A stretch of 64,000 nucleotides of DNA, taken from NCBI RefSeq assembly GCF_000143415.4, contig NW_003314382.1, positions 366,105-430,104 of the forward strand, in the 5' to 3' direction. Position numbers and translations under genes: made by a program. This document shows, one piece after another, positions 1-11,091 of this stretch. The notes under the pieces are model-generated. The model ran no database searches. It worked only from the letters and a program-made list of their open reading frames with translations, and was not told the origin of the DNA. The stretch's first letter is position 1, and the number at the start of each line of letters is the position of its first letter. This DNA is from Selaginella moellendorffii (lineage: Eukaryota; Plantae; Lycopodiophyta).

Positions 1-1572
1 GAAGATGCGCAGGGAGGGAGTGCGGAGGAAGAGAGGGCAGCTATCCCGTTTTGGAAGTTCTTCACAGGGCACTCGGGGACTGGAAAAACGATGATTGGCC
101 TGCAGCTCTTGTTTACGTTCATGAAGAAAGGACGCACTGTTGTGTACCATAACAAGATCATGTCTTCCGGCTACGCAGTCTTCAAAGAGAAGAAGCTTCA
201 TTCCGTGGGGGATAGAGCTAAGGTTGATGGGTATTTGGGTGACCAGCGGACGATCTTCATAAATGACAGCTCTGCTTTCGAGGCGATCGGTTTGATAGCA
301 GCTAACATGTTGCTGATTGCAGATCCTGATTTGGTCGATAAAGACTTTTTCAAGACGAATGATGTTTTCTACGGATGCTTGTGGAGTGAAGAGGAGCTCA
401 GGGAGTGCCACAACTTCGTGTTTAGGGGGGGACTAGATTGGGGTGATGTGCAGCAGCACATTTACTATGCCGGTTTTGTTCCAAGGCTCGTGTTCCAGCA
501 ACCACGGCGGTTCCATTCTGTTCTCAGCCAGCTGGAGGCTGAAACGGGACACGAAAAATCACTGCTCTCCGTGATCTCTGCGGTTGGACCCTATTATCTG
601 GACAAGGAGTTCCCGGATTACAGTGTCCACCTTGACAGAGGATCTTATTCGGCTGAAGGTTACACGAAGATTGGCTCGAAGTTTATAATGGAACAGCTGC
701 TTTTGCAACTTGACGTGCCACACTGGCGCGATGCGCTTGTATCCTACAAGATGCGGCGAGGTCCCGTGGCGGATTTCAGAGGAGAGATCATGGAACTGCT
801 GATGCATCTCACGTTTCCAAAGTTCCTCGCTGACTGAGAGCAGATCCTGCCCCGGACCATGCCCGCTCGAGCTCCAGGCAACGTCCAAAAGCTGGTGGTC
901 GATGAGCAGGAGGATCTTCACGTCTATTTCTACTCCAGTTTTGAGGATTTGGAGGTGAAGATCAAGGATTGCCTGGACAAAGGTGTGAAGGCAGCTTATT
1001 TCTGGCCAAGGTTGCAGACGGATGCTGTCGTAGACAGCGTTTTCATTGACTTCAAGCGGCAAGTTACGTTCCTCCTGCAGGCCACTGTGGCCAAGACGCG
1101 TAGGACTGTTGTCTGGCACCCAGTTCACAAGCTGGTAGGCTTCCTACGTCAAAACAGCATAGGAGTTGCAGGGCTGTATTTTGTGATATCAGAAACCAGC
1201 TATACTCACTTCGGCTACCAGACCTGGAAGAAGGTGAGAGGGGTGCACCAAGATGAGTTGATACTGCCCGATCTTCCTCAGTACAAGGTGAAGTTTAAGG
1301 TGCTCGAGAGCGACATGGAAAACCTGGAAAAGCTGCAGGAGTACAGGGACGGCATTGATGAGAGCTTGAAACTGATGGCGGTAAACACTTGTGTGCATAT
1401 CAACATTCTTGACAAATTTATTTATTTTGGCAGAAATTCGGCAATGATATGCCAGAGTGCTGTATCCGCAAGCGAAGGCGGACGACTGACATGGACGTGG
1501 AAACTACTCCAACTGCGTGCGTGTGAGTTTTCTGTAATTGCTTGTGAATGTTGGTTGGCTGAGCCGCTTTGA
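1..1572 (+). pseudogene. Crinkler (CRN)-like P-loop NTPase + restriction-endonuclease-fold gene, 5' end outside window, one in-frame stop
   Basis: Frame 1 is open from base 1. Walker A GHSGTGKT at 67-90, Walker B-like IFINDS, LWSEEEL and YYAGFVPR motifs. TGA at 835-837, then the same frame continues (859..1572) with RGEIMELLMH before the stop and YFWP..DAVVDSV...LLQATVA after it, resembling CRN REase motifs. True 3' end may be spliced. Confidence 0.6.
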
Positions 1573-2816
1573 GCAGGACGCCTTATGCGTGGAGTGATCC
1601 GCTGGAAAAGCTTGGAGTGCATGACCGTTTTTTGCAAGGTCCAGACTTATGTTGATTTACTTTCTCCTACAGAGTGAGTAGTGTTGGAGGGCACAAGTTT
1701 TGATAACTCTTAGTTTGATAGCTCGAACCCACGACGCCTTTAATCGAGACGTGTAGCGCCCACCAAACCACCAAAAGCTTAAACACCATTAAATAGATAA
1801 GGTGATATAACTTTAGCAACGAAGAGCTCTTTCTTTTTCTAGCGACGATTTTGACCACTCGAAAGCATCAAAATCCCGAAAGAGGACCTGGAAACGATTC
1901 GTAACGATACGTTCTTCGCTATGACTATGAGCTAACAAGCTAGAGTTTGGTTGCTGTTCGAGCTTAAAACACTGCGGGAGTTCTAAACATGCATGGAGAG
2001 CTACATGCTTGAAGTTTTACCTTCGAGCAGCTGTGCCGAGAGCGCTAGTCACTCTGTAGTTCTCCTTGCGCACAAAGTGGGCCACTACGGTGCCGCGAAG
2101 TGAATTGGAGCAAGCATCGGGTTGCCATACTTTATTCCGAGCTGGCAGGTACTCGAGAACTTTTTCTTTGATCTCTTGTTTTCGCGGTCATTCCGTGGAA
2201 TCACCAGAGTGACAAGCGTGCTGAAAAACAGATTAGAGCTCGTCGAATTATCTCGTCACCGGTGCATTTCTCTCGCTGGCAATCATTTTTGTTTGTGGGG
2301 CTCTTGTTGACACCCGAAAAAGGAGACGGGCTTCTTGTCAGTTCATCAATCTTTCACGACTCACGTAAATCGGGTTTCATATTATGTTGTGATGTACTAG
2401 TGACTGTGACTTGTGAATGCAGCGAAGTTCTTACGTGGCGATGCTCTTTCCACCATATCCATTAATCCAGTAATTCTCTCAGCGTGCTCTGGCTTGCTGA
2501 TAAATGCAAGCAAGCACTTTGGGGGAGGAAGGTTGTTTTTTTAATTTTTCAGTGGTGGGGCTTAACTTCAGCGACGTTGCACCCTACTGGTTTTTCTCCA
2601 ACGCGGGCCTGTTGCTCCTCACGCTGATGAAGTAAAGCCTCCAAGCTCAAAGCAAGCTTGCTAGTTTGCTGTCCCTTTCCGTTTCTATTTACTTGAGGGG
2701 AGCCGAGGTAATCTCAAGTTGGTTCTTTATTTTCTCACATCTTGGATGTTACAAAAAAAGATTCAAGCAAAACAAAACATACTCTTTTGCGTGTGTAAGC
2801 AGCGATTTTACTGCTT

Positions 2817-4813
2817 TTAGCACTTGGGAAGATCTGCCGGTGGTGGCTGTAGTGATTGCGAAGGACCCTTTCCATTGTTGACGATAAAGGCTGCATCCAG
2901 TCCCCAAGATTGGTGGATTTCCAAGTGGCAATGCATGAACCAAGCCCCTGCGAAAGAGAAGGAACAAAGTAAGTTTTCTTTGCTTCAGCGAAACTACTAA
3001 CCTGGATTGTCTGTCTTGAATCTCAGTGCGGCCCATCCTCCAACCGGTACTCCGATAGTGTTCCTCTCCGGTGGATCAACGAGGTTGAATGTGGACGCCA
3101 GGGAAGAGTTGTAGTTTCCAAACCCCGTTCCAACGACGTAGAAGTTGTAGCCATGCAAGTGGATCGGATGGCTTTCAGTCGTGACGATGCTGGTATCTTG
3201 CAAAATGAGCTCGACATTGGCTCCGTAAGGAAGGACCGCTACTTTCGTCCGGGTTCCATTGATGGAGTTGAGGTTCTTGAGTGACGGGCCCGTGTAGTTG
3301 AACTTCACCAAAGGCGAGATGGGGAAATCAGTGCTGTAGACGCCGGGGGTGTTGAAGTAGTGAGCTTGAAGAATGGCCGTTGTTGGCACCGTGAAGGTGA
3401 TGTTGTTGACAGACGCAGCAAACCTTCCGCCGTTCGGTCCCTGGCAAGTTTTGTTTGAGGCTCCCGGTGGACAGTTCTCGACGGCCAGGCCAACCGTGAA
3501 GAAGAGGTGCTGGTCGACAGTCTGTGGAACCGCGATGGGATCCTCAGGAGTTGCGAGCTTCCTCAGCTTACTGTTGAAGGCCGTGACTGGTTTGGTGTCG
3601 TTGAAAAACGGGAGAGGCGGGAGAACTGGGGGGGACGAAGAAGAAGCTTGCTGGTACTGGAAAATGGCGGTGACGGTGGTGTTGTCAAAGGTTACGTTTT
3701 GGCCCGACTCGTACGAGTGAGCAGCCATGAAGTAGCGTCCTGGAGCTTGGTTGGCAGTCACCAACAGGTTCATGGTCTGCCCTGGAGCAATCACCACGAC
3801 GTTGGTGTTGAAAGGCTTGACGTAGCCAGCGTCCGCTTCCACCACGGTTAGAGTGTGGTTGGCTATGGCGAAGAAGAGCTCCGTGTTGAGGACAGCGTTC
3901 ACGAGCCGGAGGAGATAAGTTTTCCCAGGAAGAGCATTGAGGACGAAGACATCTGCGATATAAACTCGTTAGCTATCCAGAAAGGAGGCCTGGAAACGAT
4001 CACCGCACCTTGGGAGGAGCAATTGTAGAGAGGCCCGGGTTTTCCATTGATGGTGAAGGCATCCGAGATGTTTGGACCGCCGCCGGTTCCCAGCGCTTGC
4101 TTGACGACTTTGAGAACGTCGCTCTTCCACCACTCGCCTGGACGGAAAACTCTCAAAGTTAGACAACCTCATCGGGTTTCTAGTGCGGTCTCTTACTGAA
4201 GATGAGTGGAACTTCCTTCTCGGGCTTTGGAAACGGGTAGCCGAGGCCGGGCTTTGGATGGATGATGAAGGCTCCATGCACGGTTGCTCTCAGCCAGTTG
4301 ATGTGCGCGTGCCACCACAGAGTTCCTCGCTGCTCGGTGACCGTGAAGTTGTACGTGAACGTCTGGTTTGGCTGGATCGGGCACTGGGTGATGTAGGCGG
4401 GTCCGTCAAACCAGGCGGATCGCAGTTGCCTCACTCCATGCCTGGTATAAACTCTCGAGAATTCAATCATCTCTCTTTAATTTTCTTCTTTGCTTCAGGA
4501 CTTACCAGTGAATGGTCATGTTGTGTGGGACTCGGTTCGTGACTTTGACGACAACGCGATCGCCCTCGTCGAGGTGAATCGTTGGTCCTGGAAACTTTCG
4601 GTTCACTGAGATTATGTGCTTGGTGCTGCAGAGCTTGCTCACTTTGTGCGATTGGATCTAGCAAACAAGGCCGCGAGTTTCATCCATCCACTTTGGAGAA
4701 GAAAGACCCATTCTACTCACCGTGAAGTTGTAGTGCCTGGTAACTCCGGCTTGGACTCCCTGTGCGAGCGCAAGAACAATGCCGATGGCGAGCAGCAGCA
4801 TGGTGGAATGCAT
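2817..4813 (-). CDS. LAC: Laccase (multicopper oxidase), 6 exons, secreted
   Basis: GT-AG exons 4813-4721, 4657-4506, 4441-4197, 4137-4009, 3952-3002, 2947-2817. Signal peptide; Cu motifs [28 protein letters not shown]; ends PPPADLPKC*. Confidence 0.95.
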
Positions 4814-4828
4814 TGCCTCTTCCCGAGC
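4808..4828 (-). promoter_or_regulatory. Putative miR408 target site overlapping the laccase start codon
   Basis: + strand ATGCATTGCCTCTTCCCGAGC versus miR408 AUGCACUGCCUCUUCCCUGGC (recalled sequence): 18/21 identical, one of the three differences gives a G:U pair. Confidence 0.7.
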
Positions 4829-4908
4829 AAAGACGAAGCAAACGAATGAAGAGCTCGAGCTGAGAACTCCCGAGCTGCGATCCCGGCGATGGAGTGACGA
4901 TGGCAGCC

Positions 4909-5329
4909 ATTTATACCCGGGGCCAAGGTTTCCAGCAGACAAGAACAGCCAACAAACTGCGTGGTCACACACACTTGAGGACCAAGGCAAGCAAAAGAGA
5001 GAGAGTAGTCGGAGCACAAAGACAGAACAACAATTCCACCAGCCGAGAAGCGCGCCAAATCACCAAACTTTGGCATTTCCATCCATTCCCTTCTCTTCTT
5101 TTGGGTGCTGTACGAAGCAAGCGGCGCTGGGCCGTCGGATGCGCACCCCGGGCCGCACGCTGGCCGTCGGATTGCCGGTTGGCCATCGGTTTCCTAGCTT
5201 GGAAAGGAATCGTGATCATTCTGCCTATCCATTCCACTGCACTCTAGCTCTCCAACTAAAATCTAGGTAGATTTTAGGGCAAAGTGTCGCGATTTTAGGG
5301 CCACGTCAGCGCCTTTGATCCTCCACGTG
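4909..5329. promoter_or_regulatory. Divergent promoter region between laccase and TL17
   Basis: Minus-strand TATAAAT at 4909-4915; GCCACGTCA at 5300-5308 and G-box CACGTG at 5324-5329 just upstream of the TL17 ATG. Confidence 0.45.
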
Positions 5330-5351
5330 GACGGCGTCTTCCTCTCAAGCT

Positions 5352-6208
5352 ATGGCGGCTTCTTTGCGGCAACATCCAAGCTTCTCGGCTCCAAGCGCCC
5401 TCTCTTGCTTAAATCGCTCGCGGCGGGCAGTGGTCGTTCGGTGCTGCGCTGGTGAGTAACGCGCATTCCTCCAGAGATCCAAATTTCTCTCCGCTGCGCT
5501 GTGATTCGCAGCAGCGGGAGAACAAGATGGCTCCAGAAGGAGCACTCTCGGAGCTCTAGCCTGCGGCCTCTGCGCTGGATTCGCGATCGCTACAACAGCG
5601 TTTCCTTCCATTGCCGAGGTGAGAGAGTTCTTCCGGTTCTTCCCGCGAGTTCTTGAAAGTTTGTAAGTTTCTTTCGTTTCCAGGTGAGGCTACCACCACT
5701 CTCGAATGATCCCAGGCGCTGCGAGCGCGCCTTCGTGGGCAACACCATCGGCCAGGCCAACGGCGTCGCGGACAAGCTCCTGGATCTTCGCTTCTGCGAC
5801 TTCACGGATAACAAGGACGGGCTCAAAGGCAAGACGCTGTCCGCAGCTCTCATGGCCGACGCCAAGTTCGATGGCGCGGACATGACCGAGGTGGTCATGT
5901 CCAAAGCCTACGCCGTCGGGGCCAGCTTCAAAGGTGATCGTTTCTTCCCTGGCGCTGGCTTCTCAAACCTTTGAATCGCAGGAACTGATTTCACCAACGC
6001 TGTCCTTGACCGGGTTGTCTTCGACAAGGCCGATATGAAAGGTGCCGTTTTCCGGAACACCGTCCTGTCCGGCTCCACTTTCCAAGGAGCCAATCTGGAG
6101 AATGCCGACTTTGAGAACGCGCTGATTGGCTACAACGATGCCAGGAAGCTCTGCTTAAATCCCACACTTTCAGAGGAGAGCACGATCGAGCTTGCCTGTA
6201 AGCGGTGA
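5352..6208 (+). CDS. TL17: Thylakoid lumen 17.4 kDa pentapeptide-repeat protein, 4 exons
   Basis: Transit-peptide exons followed by RLPPLSNDPRRCERAFVGNTIGQANGV, GKTLSAALM, EVVMSKAYA and FRNTVLSGSTF pentapeptide repeats; stop TGA 6206-6208. Confidence 0.9.
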
Positions 6209-6437
6209 TGGCGATCGTCGAGAAGAGATTGAGAGAGAAGTTTGCGGTTTGCTGTTTGAACTGCGACTGCGAGTGTAAAAGATATATATATACATATAAC
6301 TTTTGGATCGAGCGAAAACTAGACGTCAACTTCCATACTTGCGGTCCCATCGTTGTCTATCCGGAGAACATCAAGCTTGCTGAGAAAGAGAGATTTCTAT
6401 CAGTACCACGATCTTACAATAAGAAAAAATAAGACTT

Positions 6438-7883
6438 TTACTTGTCAGGCTGTGAGTAAAAGAATCGTAACATTCCCCTAGGGAGAACCAGTGAGCTTTC
6501 GAAATCCCGTGGATGGCCTATCCCCTTCAACCAAACACCAGCGACACGCTTCATCAGGACAAAAAGAAAAGCACGCAACTTCGATTTATTCACCTTTGAT
6601 GAGGCGTGGAACATCAGTCCTGTAATTTCTTGACCGAGACGGTCTATCCAAACCTTTCTCGCTTGAACTAGTTCCAGGACCCAGTCAAATATCTGTTTTG
6701 CAAACAAGCCGCAGAACTAAGAAACGCGGGACAAGGAAAAAGACTCTACCTGAGCTAATCGATATCGAGGAGGCTCGAGATGTCCACCATTGAATCGAAA
6801 TCCTGTCCCTTGGCACTCCGGACAGAAGATCGGCTTGTCCTGGTGATTGAGGTGCTGCTGCCCGACACTCTGGAGGCTCTTGCGGAAGTTCCGGCTGAAG
6901 TGCAGCGAGTGTCCCATCCAGAACTTAGCGTCAAACAACAAGATCCAGTTGATGAGACAGTAAGTGTGATAGACGTGGAAAGCCTGCAACCAAAAAACTA
7001 GAGAAGTTATACCCAAGAACACCATAGAAATCACGAAAGTGGGATGATAAACAAGAACAAGGAAGAAAGAACATACCCCGAGCCAGTTTCGACTGTGACA
7101 CATCATTTGCCTGTTGCTCATGTTGAGAAGCGTGGCAACATCCTTCCCAGCGACCATCTTTTGCCGGCAGATGAAGCAAATCCTCTCGGTTTGCTTCGTG
7201 CGCTTCCGGCCCCTCGTCCCTTTCTTTGCCTGCTGCTCGACAATCGCCATAGCTCGAGGCGCACTGCCGCTATTGTTCTCGCCAGTCTCTTCTTTGGCGG
7301 AAGAACACAGCACCACGCCTTTGCCGAGTCCTTCGCTGTATGGAAACACGACAAGTCCATACTCGGCCTGGCCGCTTTGCTGCTGCTTCACAAGCACTCG
7401 CTTCTCCAGCCAGCAAGCCTCCACGAACTGAGCACCAGGCCGGACCTTGACGAACATCTGCCCTTGATCGACCAGCTGGAGTGGAAGCTCCGGCAGAGCA
7501 ACCAGATTTAATGGAGCCACCAGAGAGGAAGAGGTGTAAGAGCTGGGGCTGTCCACTTCCATCTTGGAAGAATGCCGGTGGTTCTTGGTCCCATAGATCC
7601 TTTTTTGAGCGCCCACAATGCTGCCTGCCTCGCTGCCTTGCCTCTCATCGTCGGGCTTTGGCGAGACGAGGCCACTCCCAGCCAAATGCCGCGCGTGGAG
7701 ATTTCCCTTGAGGTGATTCCACAAGGAATCGTCGTTGTAGCTGCGAGTGCCGCAGACGAGGCAGAAGAAGATCGGGCGCTTGCCGTCGCGGCGGAGCTCG
7801 ATGCAGGTGTGGCCGCGCTGCGCGGCATCGCGAACAACAGCTCGAGCTGCCTCCTCCTTGACGCCTTTCAGCATCGCGGCCAT
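6438..7883 (-). CDS. Uncharacterised plant protein with N-terminal C2H2 zinc finger and C-terminal RING-like Cys/His region
   Basis: IFFCLVC...LWNHLKGNLH; CFIC...C...FHVYHTYCLINW...CPECQG. Introns near 7076-6984 and 6749-6693; 3' exons approximate. Confidence 0.75.
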
Positions 7884-8174
7884 GGATTCTTGTGCTTGGC
7901 GGGGGAATTCGTCGTCGTCATCGTCAACCCTAGCTGCCGCTGCCGCTGCCGCGGCTCCATCCCCCTGGAAAATCTCATACCTCGAGAGTGCATTCGGTGG
8001 ACGCGCTGGAGAAAGAAACCCTCTCTCTCTCCCCCGAGGCGCGCGCGTTCTTCTCCGATAACTTAGAAGATAGTGAAGACCCAGGGAGGAATATTCGAGT
8101 TTATTTTATGACGTACACAAAGAAATGGTTAAAATATAGACCGTCTTATCTTCCCGTTTAAAAAAGTTTTAGCA

Positions 8175-8258
8175 TCCGATCTGCCGGAATCGAACCAGCG
8201 ACCTAAGGATATCAGTGTACATTACAGTCCTCCGCTCTACCAACTGAGCTAAGATCGG
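8175..8258 (-). tRNA. tRNA-Tyr(GUA) with 11-nt intron
   Basis: CCGATCT/AGATCGG acceptor stem, A box TAGCTCAGTTGG, anticodon CT-GTA-A, intron TGTACACTGAT, B box GGTTCGATTCC, downstream T-run terminator (8160-8165). Confidence 0.95.
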
Positions 8259-8344
8259 TTTTTATGCTGAAGAGATGTAAATTATCCCAATAATTATAGT
8301 TAATGTTTAAAAGTAACGAGGCTCAGCCCTAAGCACAGTTGGAT

Positions 8345-9168
8345 ATGGCGGGAGTAGTGGCTGGGCATGGCGCACTCCCTCTCACGCGCGCTAATCCAGC
8401 TCCAGGGAAATTAGGGTGCCAGAAGATCGCCATAGCTATGGCATCGCACAATGCGAGCCTCGATAAGAGGAATCCAGCCCTGGTGATCAGTCGTCGAGCG
8501 GCATTCTCCTCGGCGGCAATGCTTTCGCTGCCGCTGCTTGAGGCAATTCTTTCGCGCAAGGCGGCGGCATTGATCGAGGCCGACGATGACGAGGAGCTTC
8601 TGGAGAAGGTCAAGGGGGATCGGCAGAAGCGGCTGGAGAAGCGAGAGACTTTGATCGGTCTCAAGGATGAAACAGGTGTGTTTTTTTTCTTGTTCTTGAG
8701 TTTTGGAGTTGTTCTTATATGTTTCATGTGTAGCTTATGTCCAGAATGCTGTATACCAGATGAGCAAAGCTGGGCAAGCCATCGAGAAGGACGATTTTGT
8801 GGAAGCCAGCAACATCCTTGGAGCTGCTGATTGGGTGTCCAAGACTAAAGAGGCGTTTTCCAAGGTTTGCGGAAGAACACAAGATCACAAGTCGAGCTTT
8901 ACATGATTATATTCAATGCAGGTGAGCAAGAATTCCGAGCAACAAGGCCAAGCGGAGATCTTCACCTCGTCTCTACAAACACTCCAAACTGCTGGTAACG
9001 CTGGACTTTTTCAGAAATTCTCGCAAGCTTTCTAACACCTTTGTGTTGCTCCGCAAAGTTTCAAACAAGGATGGACAATCGGCCAAGGTCGCGTTTTTCA
9101 CCTCCGCGACAGCGCTTGAAAAGTGGACGAGCTTGACCGGACTCACGGAACAAATCAAAGGCCTGTAA
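8345..9168 (+). CDS. MPH2: Thylakoid lumen 16.5 kDa protein (MPH2-like), 4 exons
   Basis: Twin-arginine lumen signal SRRAAF..AAA; ALIEADDDEELLEKVKGDRQKR, VYQMSKAGQAIE, ALEKWTSLTGLTEQIKGL*. Exons about 8345-8675, 8734-8864, 8922-8995, 9058-9168. Confidence 0.88.
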
Positions 9169-9201
9169 ATCTATGGATCCTTCAAAGCAAAGTGTCGAAA
9201 G

Positions 9202-11091
9202 CTAAGTTTTTTCTCGCATTGTCAGTTTACAACGAGGAGTCTGGCCTTCGTGGAGAAAGATAAGTGGCTCGAGCTCATCGCGCTGGCTTCTACGCGCATC
9301 CAACAAGCTCGTCCATGTAGCATGGTCGGGATCAAACGGCATGCTTTTGAGCAAACTCTCGGCCTCCTCCACCCTGCCAGCTCGGCCCAGGAGATCAACC
9401 ATGCTGTTGAAGTGCTGAGCACTCGCAGCCACTCCAAAGTCCTGCTTCAGCGACACAAAGTTCTTCCAGCCTTGATCCAGCAGCCCCAGGTAACAACACG
9501 CAGCCAGAGCTCCAAGGAAAGTCATTTCATTCGGTTGCTCGCCGTCCATCTTCATCCTCGAGCAGGCTTCCAGTGCTGACGCCGCAAAGCCACTGCAAGC
9601 GTAGCCTTGCACCATCGCAGTCCAGGACACAGAGTTCTTCATCGGCATTGCCTCGAAGAGAAAGCTTGCTCGGGCCAGATCTCCGTTTTGAGCGAAGGCT
9701 TGCAACATGATCGTCCAGCTTACAACGTCCCTCTCGGGCATGGCATAGAAAGTCTCCATGGCCTGGCTGATATGCCCATTCAGCGCATATCCCCTCACCA
9801 TGGCTGTCCAGGATACCAAGTTTGGAGTGGGCATTTGGTCGAAGATGGCTCTGGCGTCGTCCACGAATCCACTCAGCGCGTAAGCATTGAGGAGAGTTGT
9901 GCTGGAGACAACGTTGGTTCGAGGCATCTCCTGGAACAAGCACACGGCCTCTTCGATCCGTCCGTGGAGAGCATACCCCTGGAGCATCGCGTTCCAGGCT
10001 ACCAAGTCACGCTCTAGCATCGAGTCGAACAAGCTCCTGGCTTCTTTCAAGTCGCCACCTTGGATGTATCCCTGGATCATCGTCGTCCAGGACGTGAGGT
10101 TGTGCTCGGGCATGGCGTCGAAGATCTCCCTGGCTTTCTTCAAGCACCCATTGTCGAGGCAGGCCTTGATCATCACGGTGGACGAGACCAGGGATGTCTC
10201 GGGCATCATCTCAAACACCCGAGTCGCCATGTCCATGAGGCCGGCATTGGCATAAGCAGTGATCATACAAGTCCATGAGAGCTCGTTCCTCTCTGGCATC
10301 TTGTTAAAAACTCTCTCGGCCTCTTCCAGGTCCCCATTATTTACGTAGCAGGAAACCATTGTCGTCCACGAAACCACATTCTTGAATGGTGTGCTCTCAA
10401 ACAGTCTCCTTGCCTCGACAATCTTCCCGTTTTTGCCATGCAGCCAAACAATGGCATTCCAAGACATAACGTTTTTCTGTGGCATCCTCGAAAAGAAAAG
10501 CTCTGCTTGGAGTAATTCCCCAGCATCAACATAAGCTTGGAGCATCAAGTTCCAAGTCACTGCGTTTTTGTAAGGCATGAGCTCAAACGTACGTCTAGCC
10601 TCCTCCAAATGGCCATTTTTGGCAAATGCGGTAACCATAGTGTTCCAAGCTACAACATTTCTTTCTGGCATTATTTCGAAAAGAGAGATTGCCTCGCACA
10701 TCTGACCGGCTTTTATGTAGGCATTTAGCATTATGTTCCAGGAAACCATGTCCTTTTCGGTAAATCTATCAAATTCTGCCTTTGCTGCCTGAAGATGCCC
10801 ATTTCGGGCGTATGCAACGATGAGAGCGTTCCACGAGAATTGATTGGGATCTTGTATGGAATCAAACGCCAGCTTTGCGTTCTGTGAGCTGCCACATGTT
10901 CCATACATCTGGATGAGCAGATTTCCAAGGTACCTGCTTGCTCGGTGCTCTGTCTGCAGGATCAAATAGTGGATGTTCTTGCCGTCTCTCAAGTTGCTGC
11001 ATGTTCGTAAATTTTCCGCGAGCTGTGCTTCCAGTGCCTCAGAGGCAGTGAATGGAGTTCTGCCCAAGTCTCTCAGCTCAACTATAGACAT
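9202..11091 (-). CDS. PLS-class PPR protein with long run of 31-aa S/SS-type repeats, E-type tail, no DYW
   Basis: 629-aa single-exon ORF; repeated VSWxxMxxxYxxxGxLxxAxxxFxxMPxxN; MVDLLGRAGRVEEAE..MPFDPD..WTSLL. Confidence 0.92.
   Translation of the reverse strand: MSIVELRDLGRTPFTASEALEAQLAENLRTCSNLRDGKNIHYLILQTEHRASRYLGNLLIQMYGTCGSSQNAKLAFDSIQDPNQFSWNALIVAYARNGHLQAAKAEFDRFTEKDMVSWNIMLNAYIKAGQMCEAISLFEIMPERNVVAWNTMVTAFAKNGHLEEARRTFELMPYKNAVTWNLMLQAYVDAGELLQAELFFSRMPQKNVMSWNAIVWLHGKNGKIVEARRLFESTPFKNVVSWTTMVSCYVNNGDLEEAERVFNKMPERNELSWTCMITAYANAGLMDMATRVFEMMPETSLVSSTVMIKACLDNGCLKKAREIFDAMPEHNLTSWTTMIQGYIQGGDLKEARSLFDSMLERDLVAWNAMLQGYALHGRIEEAVCLFQEMPRTNVVSSTTLLNAYALSGFVDDARAIFDQMPTPNLVSWTAMVRGYALNGHISQAMETFYAMPERDVVSWTIMLQAFAQNGDLARASFLFEAMPMKNSVSWTAMVQGYACSGFAASALEACSRMKMDGEQPNEMTFLGALAACCYLGLLDQGWKNFVSLKQDFGVAASAQHFNSMVDLLGRAGRVEEAESLLKSMPFDPDHATWTSLLDARRSQRDELEPLIFLHEGQTPRCKLTMREKT

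Noticed and set aside
3882-3902. miR397 site in the laccase
   Set aside because: The homologous position has many mismatches, including the central positions.
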